The position numbers were made by a program, and so were the translations under genes. This document shows positions 46,096-56,582 of a stretch of DNA of 61,200 bases, in pieces. Under the pieces are notes generated by a model. That model was not told where the DNA came from. It saw nothing but the letters and a program-made list of their open reading frames with translations, and made no database searches. Source of the DNA: a virus (taxonomy: Duplodnaviria > Caudoviricetes); the IMG/VR virus record IMGVR_UViG_3300046744_000205, positions 1-61,200 of that record, one strand, 5' to 3'. Each line of letters opens with the position of its first letter. Within the stretch, counting starts at the first letter, position 1.

Positions 46096-48531
46096 TTACC
46101 TAGGATCAAACTCAGCTAGGTCAAACCCATCTAGACTATCCTCGTTAGATTCAAAGTTCATAGGTGGTAAATTATTCTTTCTTTGATTTATTAATTTTGA
46201 TTGCTCAGTATTTTGTTGGCTAATCCTATCTGACTTAGCTTTTTCTCTATTATCTTCTCTACTTTGAAGCTGTTGTGATTCCATACCTCTAATCTGCATA
46301 TTTAAGCTAAACTCTTTATCCATTAATTGAGATTTAAGCATTGCTTCATTTTTCATCTTTTCAATATCAAATGCTATTTCTGCTTGCTTAATCTGCATTG
46401 TAGATTGCGTTTCTGCTTGAAGTTTCTGCATAGATGCTTGAGCAGCCATCTGCTGAGATTGCATTTGCTGCTGAGCCTGAATAGCCTGAGCCTGCATCTT
46501 CATTTTTTCCTCTCTCTCTTGTTTAGCCTTACGTTTTACTTTTAGTAACTGATTAGCTAACTTAATATTTCTAATCTCACGAATATCAATTGCATCTTCA
46601 AGATCTATACCTCCTTTTGACAATGCCACCTGAATGTTTTGTTCAAGCATTGCTTTTTGCTCCTCGTCAGGAGAAACCTCAATAAAAATGCCAAAGTCAT
46701 ATAAATATAAATCATTTATATCATTTAATATGGCTACATTGTATTTACCTATTTTATTAATGAACTCATCTTTAAAATCAGAATACTGCAATACATCACT
46801 AACTCTATAGGATAAACTTTCAGATAATGATCTATACATATAAAGACTTCCATCTAGTATGTGTCTAGTTGCTGTATTTGAATTAGCTGCTGCTAGTTTC
46901 TGTAATCCAACCAAAGAATCAGGATCAGGCATACTGCCATCTCTAGCTTCATTTAGTCCCGTTACATTTCTAATTTGGTTTAGATAATGATTATAATTAC
47001 CTATAAGCATTTGAGTTTTAGATGCACCTGAGTTAGATGTTAGCTGCTGTATTGGTACTCTTGCGTTGTTAAATTCACCATCGCCTGTATAGCTTCTACC
47101 AATAACACTACCTGTTTGGAAATATAGTCTTAATGCATCTTCAGGGTTGTATGCTGCTCCTGTACCTAAGTCTACTTCATTCAATCCATCAGCATCAATA
47201 AACACACCATCAGGTACAACCTTAGCAATAACTTGCTGTAGTTTTAAATGAGTAATCTGAATCAAATCAGCAAATGGTATCATACGTCTAACTAAAGACT
47301 CAATAACACCTTTATACATTCTTGGTGCTGTAGCAACGTAGTTAGGAAGTGCGTGCTGTGTAGCAGACTTTGGTCTCACCATATTCTCAGCCATTTCCCA
47401 TTTAAGCATTATGTTAGTACCCATAACCATAACACCGTTATACCACACATCAATGGTCTTTTCTACTTTTTCAAATGACCCTTCCTCCATCATCTCTTCG
47501 GGTGGATTGAATTGGTCATCTTTTTCTACCATTGATATAGCTCCACTATCTTTTATCTTTTTCTTATATACAACCTTTTTAGTTGTCTTATAATTAAAGT
47601 ACATTAAAGTGGTAGTGTCTCTATAAAATATATCATTATCATAATACTGAGCTACGTTGTAGTAATCATACCAAGACTGCCCATATTTAGATATTTCTTC
47701 TAAGTCTGCATTTGTTAATGTAGGATCTATTTTCTTTAGCTCAATAATAGGAACTGTTTTAATTTCACCCCAATAGAAACAATCTTTAAAGTTAGGGTCT
47801 TCGGTGTAGCTATACACAATATTAGCAGGGTCTACATATTCAACCTTTACGCCTGCCCCCGGCAAAAACTCTGTCTTAGCTACACCAATTCCTAATACAG
47901 TTAAGTCATAATCAATTCTCTTACGAATATCCTCGTAATGATTTTCGTCGAACATTGTTTCAATAGCAGTCTCCTCTGCTATTTCAATCGCAGGCTTGTA
48001 ATTAAGCTGCATATACAATGATAATTCTTCGTCAGAACTAGGCATTTCTTGAGGACTCATACTAAATGGATTTATCCCTGTTTGTTCTTGTATATTTTCT
48101 AATATAGGTTTTGCCGCAATTTCTCCTTCAAGCAATTGTTGAAACCTACTTCTTCTTGACTGAGATAAAGCATCTTGAGAATATGCCTTAACTTTAAATA
48201 GTCTATCAGACATACCGTTAACAACGATGTCTACGAACTTTGGTAATATAGGGACAGGTGTCCAATCTAGGTTTAAGTATGATAAGTCACCATCTACGGC
48301 TAACTCATTTTTATATTTTCCTACAGATTGCTCACCTCGAGCATATAGTCTTAGTCTGTGAAAATCTCCCCATTGGCTATAAAATCTACATTGTCTCCCA
48401 TCTTTCTTGAACCATTCATATTGAATTGCTTGTCCAATCTGCAAACCAAATTCATCAGTAGCTTTCTCGGCATCTGATACAAATTGACTAGGGAATCCTG
48501 TAGATGATATGTTTATTTTAACATCGTTCAT
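46096..48531 (-). CDS. Portal protein
   Basis: 811 aa after terminase; PILPKFVDIVV; Gln-rich C-terminal coiled coil. Confidence 0.85.
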   Translation of the reverse strand: MNDVKINISSTGFPSQFVSDAEKATDEFGLQIGQAIQYEWFKKDGRQCRFYSQWGDFHRLRLYARGEQSVGKYKNELAVDGDLSYLNLDWTPVPILPKFVDIVVNGMSDRLFKVKAYSQDALSQSRRSRFQQLLEGEIAAKPILENIQEQTGINPFSMSPQEMPSSDEELSLYMQLNYKPAIEIAEETAIETMFDENHYEDIRKRIDYDLTVLGIGVAKTEFLPGAGVKVEYVDPANIVYSYTEDPNFKDCFYWGEIKTVPIIELKKIDPTLTNADLEEISKYGQSWYDYYNVAQYYDNDIFYRDTTTLMYFNYKTTKKVVYKKKIKDSGAISMVEKDDQFNPPEEMMEEGSFEKVEKTIDVWYNGVMVMGTNIMLKWEMAENMVRPKSATQHALPNYVATAPRMYKGVIESLVRRMIPFADLIQITHLKLQQVIAKVVPDGVFIDADGLNEVDLGTGAAYNPEDALRLYFQTGSVIGRSYTGDGEFNNARVPIQQLTSNSGASKTQMLIGNYNHYLNQIRNVTGLNEARDGSMPDPDSLVGLQKLAAANSNTATRHILDGSLYMYRSLSESLSYRVSDVLQYSDFKDEFINKIGKYNVAILNDINDLYLYDFGIFIEVSPDEEQKAMLEQNIQVALSKGGIDLEDAIDIREIRNIKLANQLLKVKRKAKQEREEKMKMQAQAIQAQQQMQSQQMAAQASMQKLQAETQSTMQIKQAEIAFDIEKMKNEAMLKSQLMDKEFSLNMQIRGMESQQLQSREDNREKAKSDRISQQNTEQSKLINQRKNNLPPMNFESNEDSLDGFDLAEFDPR

Positions 48532-50774
48532 CTAATAATTTCGCTAATATTTCCTTTATTGCTATACTTTGCAAAGTTAATCTTTATTTTTGATTGTTTT
48601 TTCTCCGACACGTATAGATGCTTTTGTGTAGCCATAATTGCTAACCCTGAACTTATAGAAGCATCAAACTTTGTTCTGTTATTTATATCGAACTTAGCCC
48701 AATCCTCAAGCGTTCTAGTAAATGGCATAGATCCTATGTCTTCCGAGTCTCTATATGTACCTTCTACATCAAACCCTACATACTTTTCTATATATGACTC
48801 AATAGCTGCTGCGTGTGCCTGCTTAACATCCTCGCTACTGTTAGGTATACCACCTAATTCTTTTTCTGTTTTTGATAACTTATTGTATGATTTGTCAGGT
48901 CTGTTTGTACAGAATCCTCTGTATCCCCTGTTCTTAAAATGATACAGTAACCTTGGCTTATTGTTCTCTATAAGTATTGGCATTCCATAAAATACGCAAG
49001 CCATCAATACCTCTTCAAAAAATATCTCTGCTGTCTGTGGTCTAGCTACATATTCCAAAAAAAACTCATTACTTGGTGCTTCATCCATATTAAATGTAGT
49101 TACCCCGTGCAATGCTCCATTAGAGCCACCACCACCTACTGTGCCCGATATGTCATATGAGTCACAACCAAACGCACCTATGTGTTCATTCCCGGGATAC
49201 TTAATTCCGTTTCTATCAACCACCCTATTCTGTAAGTTCTTATTAGGTGTCCAACTTACATTGAACCTACCACGCTTATCCGGACTAAACACAACCTCAC
49301 TATCCTTAACACCATTCTTCCAATGAAAGCTACCTCGTGTTATATGATGCTCTTTTATTAATGCATCGTTATAATCTATCTGCTGATATATTTTAGTTAA
49401 GTTAAATATGGATTGCTTACTTTCATCCCTAAATGCGTGTGACTCTGTTCGTGGAAACTGACGATAAAATTCGTTGAGTGCATCTGCATCGTTTTTTAAT
49501 GACGATACTTCATTCTCCCAATAGTCTATAGCACCCTGAAATATCATCTCATTATCTACACCTAGCACAGACTTAGCAGGTTTCCTAAATACAGGCATCC
49601 CAAACCTATCTATGAATCCTTCCATATTCCACTCCATTGGGATGAAAAGTGAATACATACCACTTTTAGTCTGACCGTTTGAATTACGATTTAAAACATT
49701 AGAGTCATTATATAGCTTTTTAAAATTATCACCACCCTTGTTAAGTGCATTAGATGTAGAACCCATCATACACTTACCTATAATCTTACTACCTAGTCGC
49801 AAACAGGTTTTAGTTACTCGCCAATTGTTTAAAATATTATTTGGCTTTATCCACTTACCACTCTCATCGTGTACTAGCAATAATAACTTCTCACCATCAT
49901 AGCTGTTATCATCTGTATTTTTCCAATCTATTGTGGTATCCAACCCAAACAACTCATCATCGCTTGTGTCGTACATATTCTTCTTGGTAATCTTAGCTGC
50001 CGGTATACGAAATGCAAGCTCTGTCTTCGGCTTGTCCATACCATCCATAATCGGTTTAAAAAAGAAAGGTAGCCTACTATTTATAGGCACAACCTTATCA
50101 GTAAACATCTTCTTAGCATCTGAACCTGTCTTTGATAATATACCAACCCTTGAATCTTTTGCAAGCGTTCCTGTATTAACACACTCAGAAGAACTCATAA
50201 ACGAGAACCCCGAACGTCTTATCTTAAGATATGTCATACCGAAACTTCTTTTGTCAGCTTTACAAGCCTCCCAAAATATATAGAGTATACGATTTGCTTC
50301 ACGATAGTCCGGATACCCAACATCAATAGATGTCCATTGCAGGTACATATAATGTGCTCCTGTCATATATGTAGGCACGCCATTGTTCATAAACCAATGC
50401 CCATACTCTCGTGAATCAAATTCAGATTCAATATAATCAACCCACCTATCTTTAAACTCAGATGGCTTATCATTCCATTGGAATATAGATTGAATCTTCT
50501 GTAAGTCTTTTGGTATTTCTTCTCTCTGCCAATACTGCTCCTCTTTCTTACCACTTCTTTTGTACACCTTATTAGGTAATAGTGGTAATGCTATAGGCAA
50601 TCCCTGTATAGACACTACTTCACCTATCTCACCGGTCTTAGATATGATAACCATATCATACTTTTCGTCATATCCATACTTCCACGTTTTTGCCTTGTTT
50701 TTATTTTTTAAGACACTCTTTGGGACGTAATCTTCTAGTGTGACGTATAAGTTATTTTGACCTTCGTTCTGCAA
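48528..50774 (-). CDS. terL: Terminase large subunit
   Basis: KIRRSGFS Walker A variant, LLVHDESGK Walker B, GSTSN, GCDSYD and ILIENNK nuclease motifs. Confidence 0.9.
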   Translation of the reverse strand: MQNEGQNNLYVTLEDYVPKSVLKNKNKAKTWKYGYDEKYDMVIISKTGEIGEVVSIQGLPIALPLLPNKVYKRSGKKEEQYWQREEIPKDLQKIQSIFQWNDKPSEFKDRWVDYIESEFDSREYGHWFMNNGVPTYMTGAHYMYLQWTSIDVGYPDYREANRILYIFWEACKADKRSFGMTYLKIRRSGFSFMSSSECVNTGTLAKDSRVGILSKTGSDAKKMFTDKVVPINSRLPFFFKPIMDGMDKPKTELAFRIPAAKITKKNMYDTSDDELFGLDTTIDWKNTDDNSYDGEKLLLLVHDESGKWIKPNNILNNWRVTKTCLRLGSKIIGKCMMGSTSNALNKGGDNFKKLYNDSNVLNRNSNGQTKSGMYSLFIPMEWNMEGFIDRFGMPVFRKPAKSVLGVDNEMIFQGAIDYWENEVSSLKNDADALNEFYRQFPRTESHAFRDESKQSIFNLTKIYQQIDYNDALIKEHHITRGSFHWKNGVKDSEVVFSPDKRGRFNVSWTPNKNLQNRVVDRNGIKYPGNEHIGAFGCDSYDISGTVGGGGSNGALHGVTTFNMDEAPSNEFFLEYVARPQTAEIFFEEVLMACVFYGMPILIENNKPRLLYHFKNRGYRGFCTNRPDKSYNKLSKTEKELGGIPNSSEDVKQAHAAAIESYIEKYVGFDVEGTYRDSEDIGSMPFTRTLEDWAKFDINNRTKFDASISSGLAIMATQKHLYVSEKKQSKIKINFAKYSNKGNISEIIR

Positions 50775-51033
50775 ATCCTTGTTTTGTATCTATCTTACTT
50801 TTACCTTTTTCAGCAGACTCTAACGCCTCCCTTTCAAGTTCTATCCTATTTAATATCTCAAACGCATCAAATATTGCTAACTTCTTTGTAGCTGCTGCAT
50901 TCTTTAGTTTATCGGCAGCAAGATCATCTTCCGGGTCGTGCTTTATAATATCTTCCTTAGCAACCTTTATTAACTGCTCAACAGCTCTATGACCTGCCTG
51001 TATTATTTTTTTCTTTGTTTCCTTTACGTTCAT
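50752..51033 (-). CDS. Putative terminase small subunit
   Basis: Small helical protein overlapping terL start. Confidence 0.5.
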   Translation of the reverse strand: MNVKETKKKIIQAGHRAVEQLIKVAKEDIIKHDPEDDLAADKLKNAAATKKLAIFDAFEILNRIELEREALESAEKGKSKIDTKQGFAERRSK

Positions 51034-51593
51034 AGGCTCATTGTTATTTGATGGTCGTATACTCTATATAGCTTTTCATCATCAACCGTAAACTCATACT
51101 CGCTATCAGGAGTAAAGCTAATTCTATCCCCGGGCTTTAATCCCATAGATGTCAGATACTCGTTAGGATATTTCATTATACCTACTAACGGCTCTTCTAC
51201 ACTATTCTTATATATAACAGAATCCTCTTTTTTGATAGGCTCTACAAAACAATATCTATCGTGTGCGTTCCAACCCTTATCATTCTTATACATAAAGAAC
51301 TGTTCGTTGTCTACAAAAAATAGGTCATCCTTAAAAAAGCTCCTTCCGCTTTTTTGCCTACCTTTCATATCGTTATAAAACTTAAATACGTTGTGATGTA
51401 CGAGTAAGGTGTCTCCTACCTTGACTCCTCCTGTGTAGCCGATTGGAAGCTCGACAACCTCAGCATATCTGTTTGAAAACATATGGTCTTCTTCAGATGT
51501 ACTAACGACAAGCTCTAGTCCTGCTATCTCTCTTGTATTGTCGTATCGTCTTCCTTTTAATGGCTTTACTATAAAGTAAAACGGTGATTTCAT
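51030..51593 (-). CDS. Tandem GroES-like co-chaperonin
   Basis: Two GroES-like halves: FIVKP...AEVVELP...VKVGDTLLV and DRYCFVEP...LKPGDRISF...EFTVDDEKLYRVYDHQI. Confidence 0.6.
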   Translation of the reverse strand: MKSPFYFIVKPLKGRRYDNTREIAGLELVVSTSEEDHMFSNRYAEVVELPIGYTGGVKVGDTLLVHHNVFKFYNDMKGRQKSGRSFFKDDLFFVDNEQFFMYKNDKGWNAHDRYCFVEPIKKEDSVIYKNSVEEPLVGIMKYPNEYLTSMGLKPGDRISFTPDSEYEFTVDDEKLYRVYDHQITMSL

Positions 51594-51820
51594 TAAAAGT
51601 TTATGTTGTATTCAATAGATACGGGTACGGTTTCATTAAACTCTTTCCAAACAAATACTTCTTGCCCGGACTGTATCCATATCTCGATTGATTTTTTTTC
51701 TTTATTAAATTTAATTAAATGTATTGTATGACTATTATTCAGGACAGACTGACCTGTTATATAGTGCATAGCACCCGACTTATAGTCAGGACCAATAGAT
51801 ATCTTTCTAATAATGCCCAT
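51593..51820 (-). CDS. Hypothetical protein (MGIIRKISIG...)
   Basis: TAATG coupling at both ends. Confidence 0.7.
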   Translation of the reverse strand: MGIIRKISIGPDYKSGAMHYITGQSVLNNSHTIHLIKFNKEKKSIEIWIQSGQEVFVWKEFNETVPVSIEYNINF

Positions 51821-52077
51821 TAATAAACAACGCACACAACGCTAGAGCTTGTTCCGTCTCCTGCGTTTCTGTACATTCTACCTGTCGCTAGTCCTGCTGA
51901 TTTAGCAGCAGCATTAGTTGCGTATACAGGAAGGGTTACTGTTGATTGAGCTAATAATGCAAGTATAGAATCTACTGTGTAGTTCTTAGTTTTATTTGCA
52001 TCTTGTTCGTCAGAACCTATTAATATATCTGTTAGGTTAACTTGACCTGATATTGGGTATGTACTAATTATCGCCAT
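51820..52077 (-). CDS. Putative small structural protein
   Basis: ORF track. Confidence 0.6.
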   Translation of the reverse strand: MAIISTYPISGQVNLTDILIGSDEQDANKTKNYTVDSILALLAQSTVTLPVYATNAAAKSAGLATGRMYRNAGDGTSSSVVCVVY

Positions 52078-52294
52078 TTGTTACTTTTCCTGTTTGCACG
52101 TTGATGACTGCATCATCTCCGTATTTTTCTAATAATTTTTTCTCTTCCTTAATGTAAGCAGCTTTCATTGACTCTATCTCTTTTAATAAAGCATCCTGTG
52201 CAATGAAGGTGTCAGCTATTCTGATTTTAACATTGTTATACTCTGTTACTAATCCTTGCAATAGATCTAGCTCATCTTTACTTAATTCTTTCAT
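52064..52294 (-). CDS. Hypothetical coiled-coil protein
   Basis: Start at MKELSK after TATATTTG. Confidence 0.65.
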   Translation of the reverse strand: MKELSKDELDLLQGLVTEYNNVKIRIADTFIAQDALLKEIESMKAAYIKEEKKLLEKYGDDAVINVQTGKVTNGDN

Positions 52295-52339
52295 TTGATT
52301 ATATTTTTTACAAATATAAAACTTTTTTATCTTTGCAGT

Positions 52340-52612
52340 ATGAAGAGTCCACAAGTAATTATTTTTATAGCTTTATATTCACTTATAGCTACAGCCATTA
52401 TAACTAATCTATTGTTTGTTAAAAAAGCAGAGAATAGGATTATATCACCTAAACACAATATTATATCTACCGATACGGTATATATGTCTATTGATAGCTT
52501 GGATTCTAAAAGAGATACAATTAAATTATACTATGAAACAAAAGTTAGTAATTATCATATACTTCCTTCTTCTGAACGTATCAGTCTATTCGCAAGTCGC
52601 ATTAATAGATAA
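52340..52612 (+). CDS. Membrane-anchored protein, possible spanin-like component
   Basis: N-terminal TM helix; own promoter; beside endolysin. Confidence 0.5.
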   Translation: MKSPQVIIFIALYSLIATAIITNLLFVKKAENRIISPKHNIISTDTVYMSIDSLDSKRDTIKLYYETKVSNYHILPSSERISLFASRINR

Positions 52613-52913
52613 TAACGGAGATACATTGGTTGCCATCACTCTTGAGCAGATGGATAACATATACGTTGAGCTAATCCAAAAAGATAGCCTAATGGAACAA
52701 GCTACTATAAGCTCTTCTAAGGAAGCTAAACTATATGAGCTAGTAACTATATCCGAAAATAACCTAAAGTCCTGTGAGAAGGTCTTAAAAGACGTAGGAG
52801 ACAGTAATATCTATTTACTGTCTGAAAACAAAAAGAAAGATAGTAAACTTAAAAGGACTAGAAAGGTTGCCATATATACTACTATTTTTGCTATACTTAG
52901 TATCCTTCTTTAG
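52533..52913 (+). CDS. Signal peptide + coiled coil + C-terminal TM protein, possible spanin-like component
   Basis: MKQKLVIIIYFLLLNVSVYSQ; overlaps preceding gene. Confidence 0.5.
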   Translation: MKQKLVIIIYFLLLNVSVYSQVALIDNNGDTLVAITLEQMDNIYVELIQKDSLMEQATISSSKEAKLYELVTISENNLKSCEKVLKDVGDSNIYLLSENKKKDSKLKRTRKVAIYTTIFAILSILL

Positions 52914-53301
52914 ATACATCAAAACTTGGGCAAGCCTTGTTAGAATATTCATTGTGACCGTGAACGGTGCTGCCCGGATATCTTTTCTTTAGTTCATCTA
53001 TAAGCCATATAAGGGCTTCTTTTTGTGCGTGTGTTCTTGTGTCTTTAGGATTCTTATAAGACTTATCCATTCCTCCCGCATATGCGATTCCTATGCTATC
53101 TTTGTTGTGTCCTCTAGTGTGAGCACCTACCTTTGATTCGGGTCTACCTACCTCAACCGTTCCGTTCAATGTTATAAGATAGTGGTATCCTACATCTGAG
53201 AAGTTTCTAGCTAAATGCCAAGTTCTTACCTCTCCTACTGTAACGTCTCTACCTTCAGGGGTAGCTGTGCAATGCACAATGATTCTGTTTATGTCTCTCA
53301 C
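52897..53301 (-). CDS. Endolysin, N-acetylmuramoyl-L-alanine amidase (T7 lysozyme-like)
   Basis: IIVHCTAT, GYHY, GAH, SIGI, HGH, KACPSF. Confidence 0.95.
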   Translation of the reverse strand: MRDINRIIVHCTATPEGRDVTVGEVRTWHLARNFSDVGYHYLITLNGTVEVGRPESKVGAHTRGHNKDSIGIAYAGGMDKSYKNPKDTRTHAQKEALIWLIDELKKRYPGSTVHGHNEYSNKACPSFDVSKEGY

Positions 53302-53720
53302 TTGATTTGCTTTTTAATATCTTTGATTTGTGTAATGGATTCTTTAAATTTATCTATAAAAGAGTAGCCTTTTAAAACTACCCAAGATTCATCCATTGAT
53401 TTTACCTCATTTAGAATGAGGACCAAAGATACTATTTTAGTTGAAAAGAAATCAAAATCTAAAATACTTTTTATTAATTCATTTAATATTAACGTATCTA
53501 AAAGAAATACTAAAATAACAACGCCCAAGTAACCTACAGTTTTTGGAACATATCCCTTTCTAAAATCTCTACTAGTTACAGGCTTATTTTGCTTTTTAGC
53601 TTTAGCTATTCCAAATGCTGTATCTAAAATTGTAGATAGACCTACTACAAGTAGCAATCCACCAACCGGTGCAAAAAATAAATATAAACTTTTCAATATG
53701 CTACTTAGAGTTATCTTCAT
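53298..53720 (-). CDS. Holin
   Basis: Three hydrophobic segments, LDTAFGI, EVKSMDE; coupled to endolysin. Confidence 0.8.
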   Translation of the reverse strand: MKITLSSILKSLYLFFAPVGGLLLVVGLSTILDTAFGIAKAKKQNKPVTSRDFRKGYVPKTVGYLGVVILVFLLDTLILNELIKSILDFDFFSTKIVSLVLILNEVKSMDESWVVLKGYSFIDKFKESITQIKDIKKQIK

Positions 53721-53722
53721 CG

Positions 53723-54073
53723 TTATTCTTCTTCAGGCGTTTCACAATACTCAGGATACTGAGTACAATATGTTTTAACCCATAAATTATTATCTCCTGC
53801 GAACGTATGTACAACATCATCAGGCTCAGGATAAACAGCTTCACTTGAAAACTTATCAGAGTCTGTGTTCCATAATATATCTACACTCCATAGTGTACTT
53901 AGATTCTCGCAGTTACCTTCGTCATCGTAGGCATAGCATATGTGCCCTATCTCTGCTACAGCATTTACATCAGACGTATACGAAACATTACCTTCTGCAT
54001 CAGTAGTTGTAATACTTTTCTTGGCTGTCTGCCAAGCTGCTTCATTTGTAAATTCGTATTTCTTAAAAATCAT
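53723..54073 (-). CDS. Fibre-associated protein
   Basis: Coupled to 54070-55629. Confidence 0.55.
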   Translation of the reverse strand: MIFKKYEFTNEAAWQTAKKSITTTDAEGNVSYTSDVNAVAEIGHICYAYDDEGNCENLSTLWSVDILWNTDSDKFSSEAVYPEPDDVVHTFAGDNNLWVKTYCTQYPEYCETPEEE

Positions 54074-55629
54074 AATGTTGTTAATGTTATTAGTTCAGCA
54101 TTTGTAAGTATTTCTTTAAATAAAATTAATGATTTTATTCGTTGTTTTTTACCTTGTAAGTTTGGGTCTTGTAATGCAACTGTGTCAAGACTACTTGGAA
54201 TGCTTCCACTCGTGTATGTTTTCACCAAAGAGCCATTTAAATATATTTTAAAATTGTTTGCTTGGTAAGTTATTGCAATTTTATTTGTTTCTAAAAATGT
54301 CACAAGTGTTGAATTGTTAATCTCTATTGCACCACCTACTTGCACAATAAATGCGATGTATGATCCGTTTCTATAAGCAAGAATTCTATTACTTGTTGAG
54401 TTACCCAAATTAACTTCTACAAATGTAAAATTACTGTCTTCTGTCAAATCAAATTCTGAATATAAAGTGCCTTGTGTTTGACCTATTAATGCAGATGCAC
54501 TTGTTAATATGCCACTATCTGCGGTGCGAGTTACTGTGCTTCCGCTTGTTGGGATGATGGATGTAGAATAGCTGCCAACCTCTGCTTGTGCGTGTTGCAA
54601 ATATATGAAATCCCCATTGCTTGTATTAACGCTTCCAACTGCATTTGCAATATAAACTTGAACAGACCCCGAACCACTTGCAACAGACATATTTAATCTA
54701 TACCATTCATTACCCACACTTTCAATACTTGCACTTGTAACACTTGCTTGACTTCCAATAGAGCCTGATTCAAGATTATAATATACAACTCCGCTTCCTA
54801 ATACAACCGCAACAAATTTTGAATTTCCGGCTTTAGCATAAATTGAAAAAGTATATGCACCACTTGAGAGAGAATTTGAATTTATTCTATCATTATTGCT
54901 TCCGTTACCCACTAATTTCCAAGCATCTGTTGAGTTAAAAATTCCGCTTTGATTTCCAATAATTGTCGCATTCGTTAGAACCCAAGTAGTGTTTAACTGA
55001 TTAGATTGAAGTATATTATTCGTTCTCTGAGGTTCAAGTAATAAACTCGGACAACTTCCATCGCTATAATCCAAGCGAGGTACATCGTTTTCGATTACTT
55101 CTTTTACTGATACGTTGTCGATTGATAAAGTTGTTCCACTTGCTCCTCTTGCTTGAAGATAAAGAGTTGTATTTATGCTTGCAACTCCATAAAGACTAAA
55201 TGTTCCATTAGATGAAACCTCTTGTGTTGTGCCACCCGCACCCAAAACAACAAGAATACCACCTTTCACGTAATTAGATATTGTAAATGTAACCTTATAT
55301 TTTTTCCCAATTTCAACAACACTTGACTGTGTTATATTAGTTCCGTTAGGGGTTGAGGAATAATTTAAAGTTCCGTTTGATATAGTAACTCCGTTTGCGT
55401 TAACTCCGTTCCAATTACTGCTACTTGCAAAATCTCCATTGGTTACTAATTCCGTTGTGCTAACTACCGAAGCAGTCTCTATCAACCCCTCACTATTTAC
55501 CCTCGTTCCGCTTGATGAACGTGAGAAAGTGAAGTCGCCATTTCCATTACTCGGAATTTGCGAATATAGTTTTGTTGATTTATACCCACTTGGTATCTGA
55601 ACTAAACTTGCCTTGTCTAATAAACTCAT
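54070..55629 (-). CDS. Tail fibre/receptor-binding protein with carbohydrate-binding-like domains
   Basis: FTFSRSS, ELVTNGDF...IDNVSVKE, PRLDY, LLLEPQRTN, TSIIPTSGSTVTR, LamG-like C-terminus. Confidence 0.75.
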   Translation of the reverse strand: MSLLDKASLVQIPSGYKSTKLYSQIPSNGNGDFTFSRSSSGTRVNSEGLIETASVVSTTELVTNGDFASSSNWNGVNANGVTISNGTLNYSSTPNGTNITQSSVVEIGKKYKVTFTISNYVKGGILVVLGAGGTTQEVSSNGTFSLYGVASINTTLYLQARGASGTTLSIDNVSVKEVIENDVPRLDYSDGSCPSLLLEPQRTNNILQSNQLNTTWVLTNATIIGNQSGIFNSTDAWKLVGNGSNNDRINSNSLSSGAYTFSIYAKAGNSKFVAVVLGSGVVYYNLESGSIGSQASVTSASIESVGNEWYRLNMSVASGSGSVQVYIANAVGSVNTSNGDFIYLQHAQAEVGSYSTSIIPTSGSTVTRTADSGILTSASALIGQTQGTLYSEFDLTEDSNFTFVEVNLGNSTSNRILAYRNGSYIAFIVQVGGAIEINNSTLVTFLETNKIAITYQANNFKIYLNGSLVKTYTSGSIPSSLDTVALQDPNLQGKKQRIKSLILFKEILTNAELITLTTL

Positions 55630-55796
55630 ATCGCATCTAAATTGTTAATTATATCTATCACACAATCAAGTGACTCTACCACTCCTCCATCAGCAATGAC
55701 ACGATCCTTGTAGTCGTTAGCAATTTTTGCTCCCGGACCTACGTCTCCACCCTGCCCTGTTAGTGCGTTTGATATGCCTATTAGAAGTCCTATCAT
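55626..55796 (-). CDS. Small hypothetical protein (56 aa)
   Basis: Manual translation MIGLLIGISNAL...; ATGA coupling. Confidence 0.55.
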   Translation of the reverse strand: MIGLLIGISNALTGQGGDVGPGAKIANDYKDRVIADGGVVESLDCVIDIINNLDAI

Positions 55797-56057
55797 TTAC
55801 CAAAGAGCAATAATCTCAGATGCTGCTGTTCCTGTTGCAAAAACTTTTACAACCTGTACAGGAATAAATCCTACAGGTGCGTTTTTAAATGTAACGTCAT
55901 CTCCACCTGATGTTGTGACCTTAAGGTCTCCTGCAACACCAACGTAAAGAACACATCCGTTGTTTACTCCTGCTCCTCCACCTACTGTTGGTATCTCAGC
56001 CGTGTCAGATGGCGTAACTGCTGCTGCTCTATATGCTTGTAATTTTTGATATGCCAT
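55797..56057 (-). CDS. Small structural protein
   Basis: AAAVTPSD, LYVGVAGDLKV, PVQVVKVFATGT. Confidence 0.65.
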   Translation of the reverse strand: MAYQKLQAYRAAAVTPSDTAEIPTVGGGAGVNNGCVLYVGVAGDLKVTTSGGDDVTFKNAPVGFIPVQVVKVFATGTAASEIIALW

Positions 56058-56227
56058 AATTTATTCTTCTTCTTTTTCTTCTGCCGGGAATACATCTCTT
56101 ATTGCATCCACGATTGCAGCTACGTCATCTAAACTATAACATCCTTTTTGAATTGCTAGGTTTAATGCCGTTACGATTGTTTGCTTACTTTCTTCCATTT
56201 TATTTAATTTAATTAGTTAGTGTTAAT

Positions 56228-56563
56228 TTACCAAGGTAAAGGAGTGTCCTCAGGGCTAACAGGAGGTGTAATCTCGCTGTCAATCATTCCGCCAACTGAT
56301 GCTTCTAAGTTTGAAACTCCGTCTTCTCCTAGTTCCTCTTTAACCCAACCTACAACCATTGCATCGGTTAAGTCTGCGTAAGGTGTAAAGCTCTCGCCCT
56401 GTACCACTTCAAATGAAGCTGTTCCACTCAATGAAGCTGTGTAGGTCTCGCCTCCACTTTCTTCTGTTCCTACCACTTCGTAGATTGAATCTACAACGTA
56501 ATCTGTTTCTTTGTCTGTATCTATAGTGTATAGATTGGTGACTGTCCAAGTATAATTTTTCAT
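56228..56563 (-). CDS. Fibre-associated/assembly protein
   Basis: YTWTV...FTPYADLT...VGWVK...LPW. Confidence 0.65.
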   Translation of the reverse strand: MKNYTWTVTNLYTIDTDKETDYVVDSIYEVVGTEESGGETYTASLSGTASFEVVQGESFTPYADLTDAMVVGWVKEELGEDGVSNLEASVGGMIDSEITPPVSPEDTPLPW

Positions 56564-56582
56564 TTTACAAATATAATATTTT

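Noticed and set aside
48603-48613. Partial palindrome TCCGACACGT in terL
   Set aside because: Right arm missing; chance match
23865-50283. Many short + strand ORFs opposite the structural genes
   Set aside because: Shadow frames of long - strand genes with no promoters or recognisable motifs
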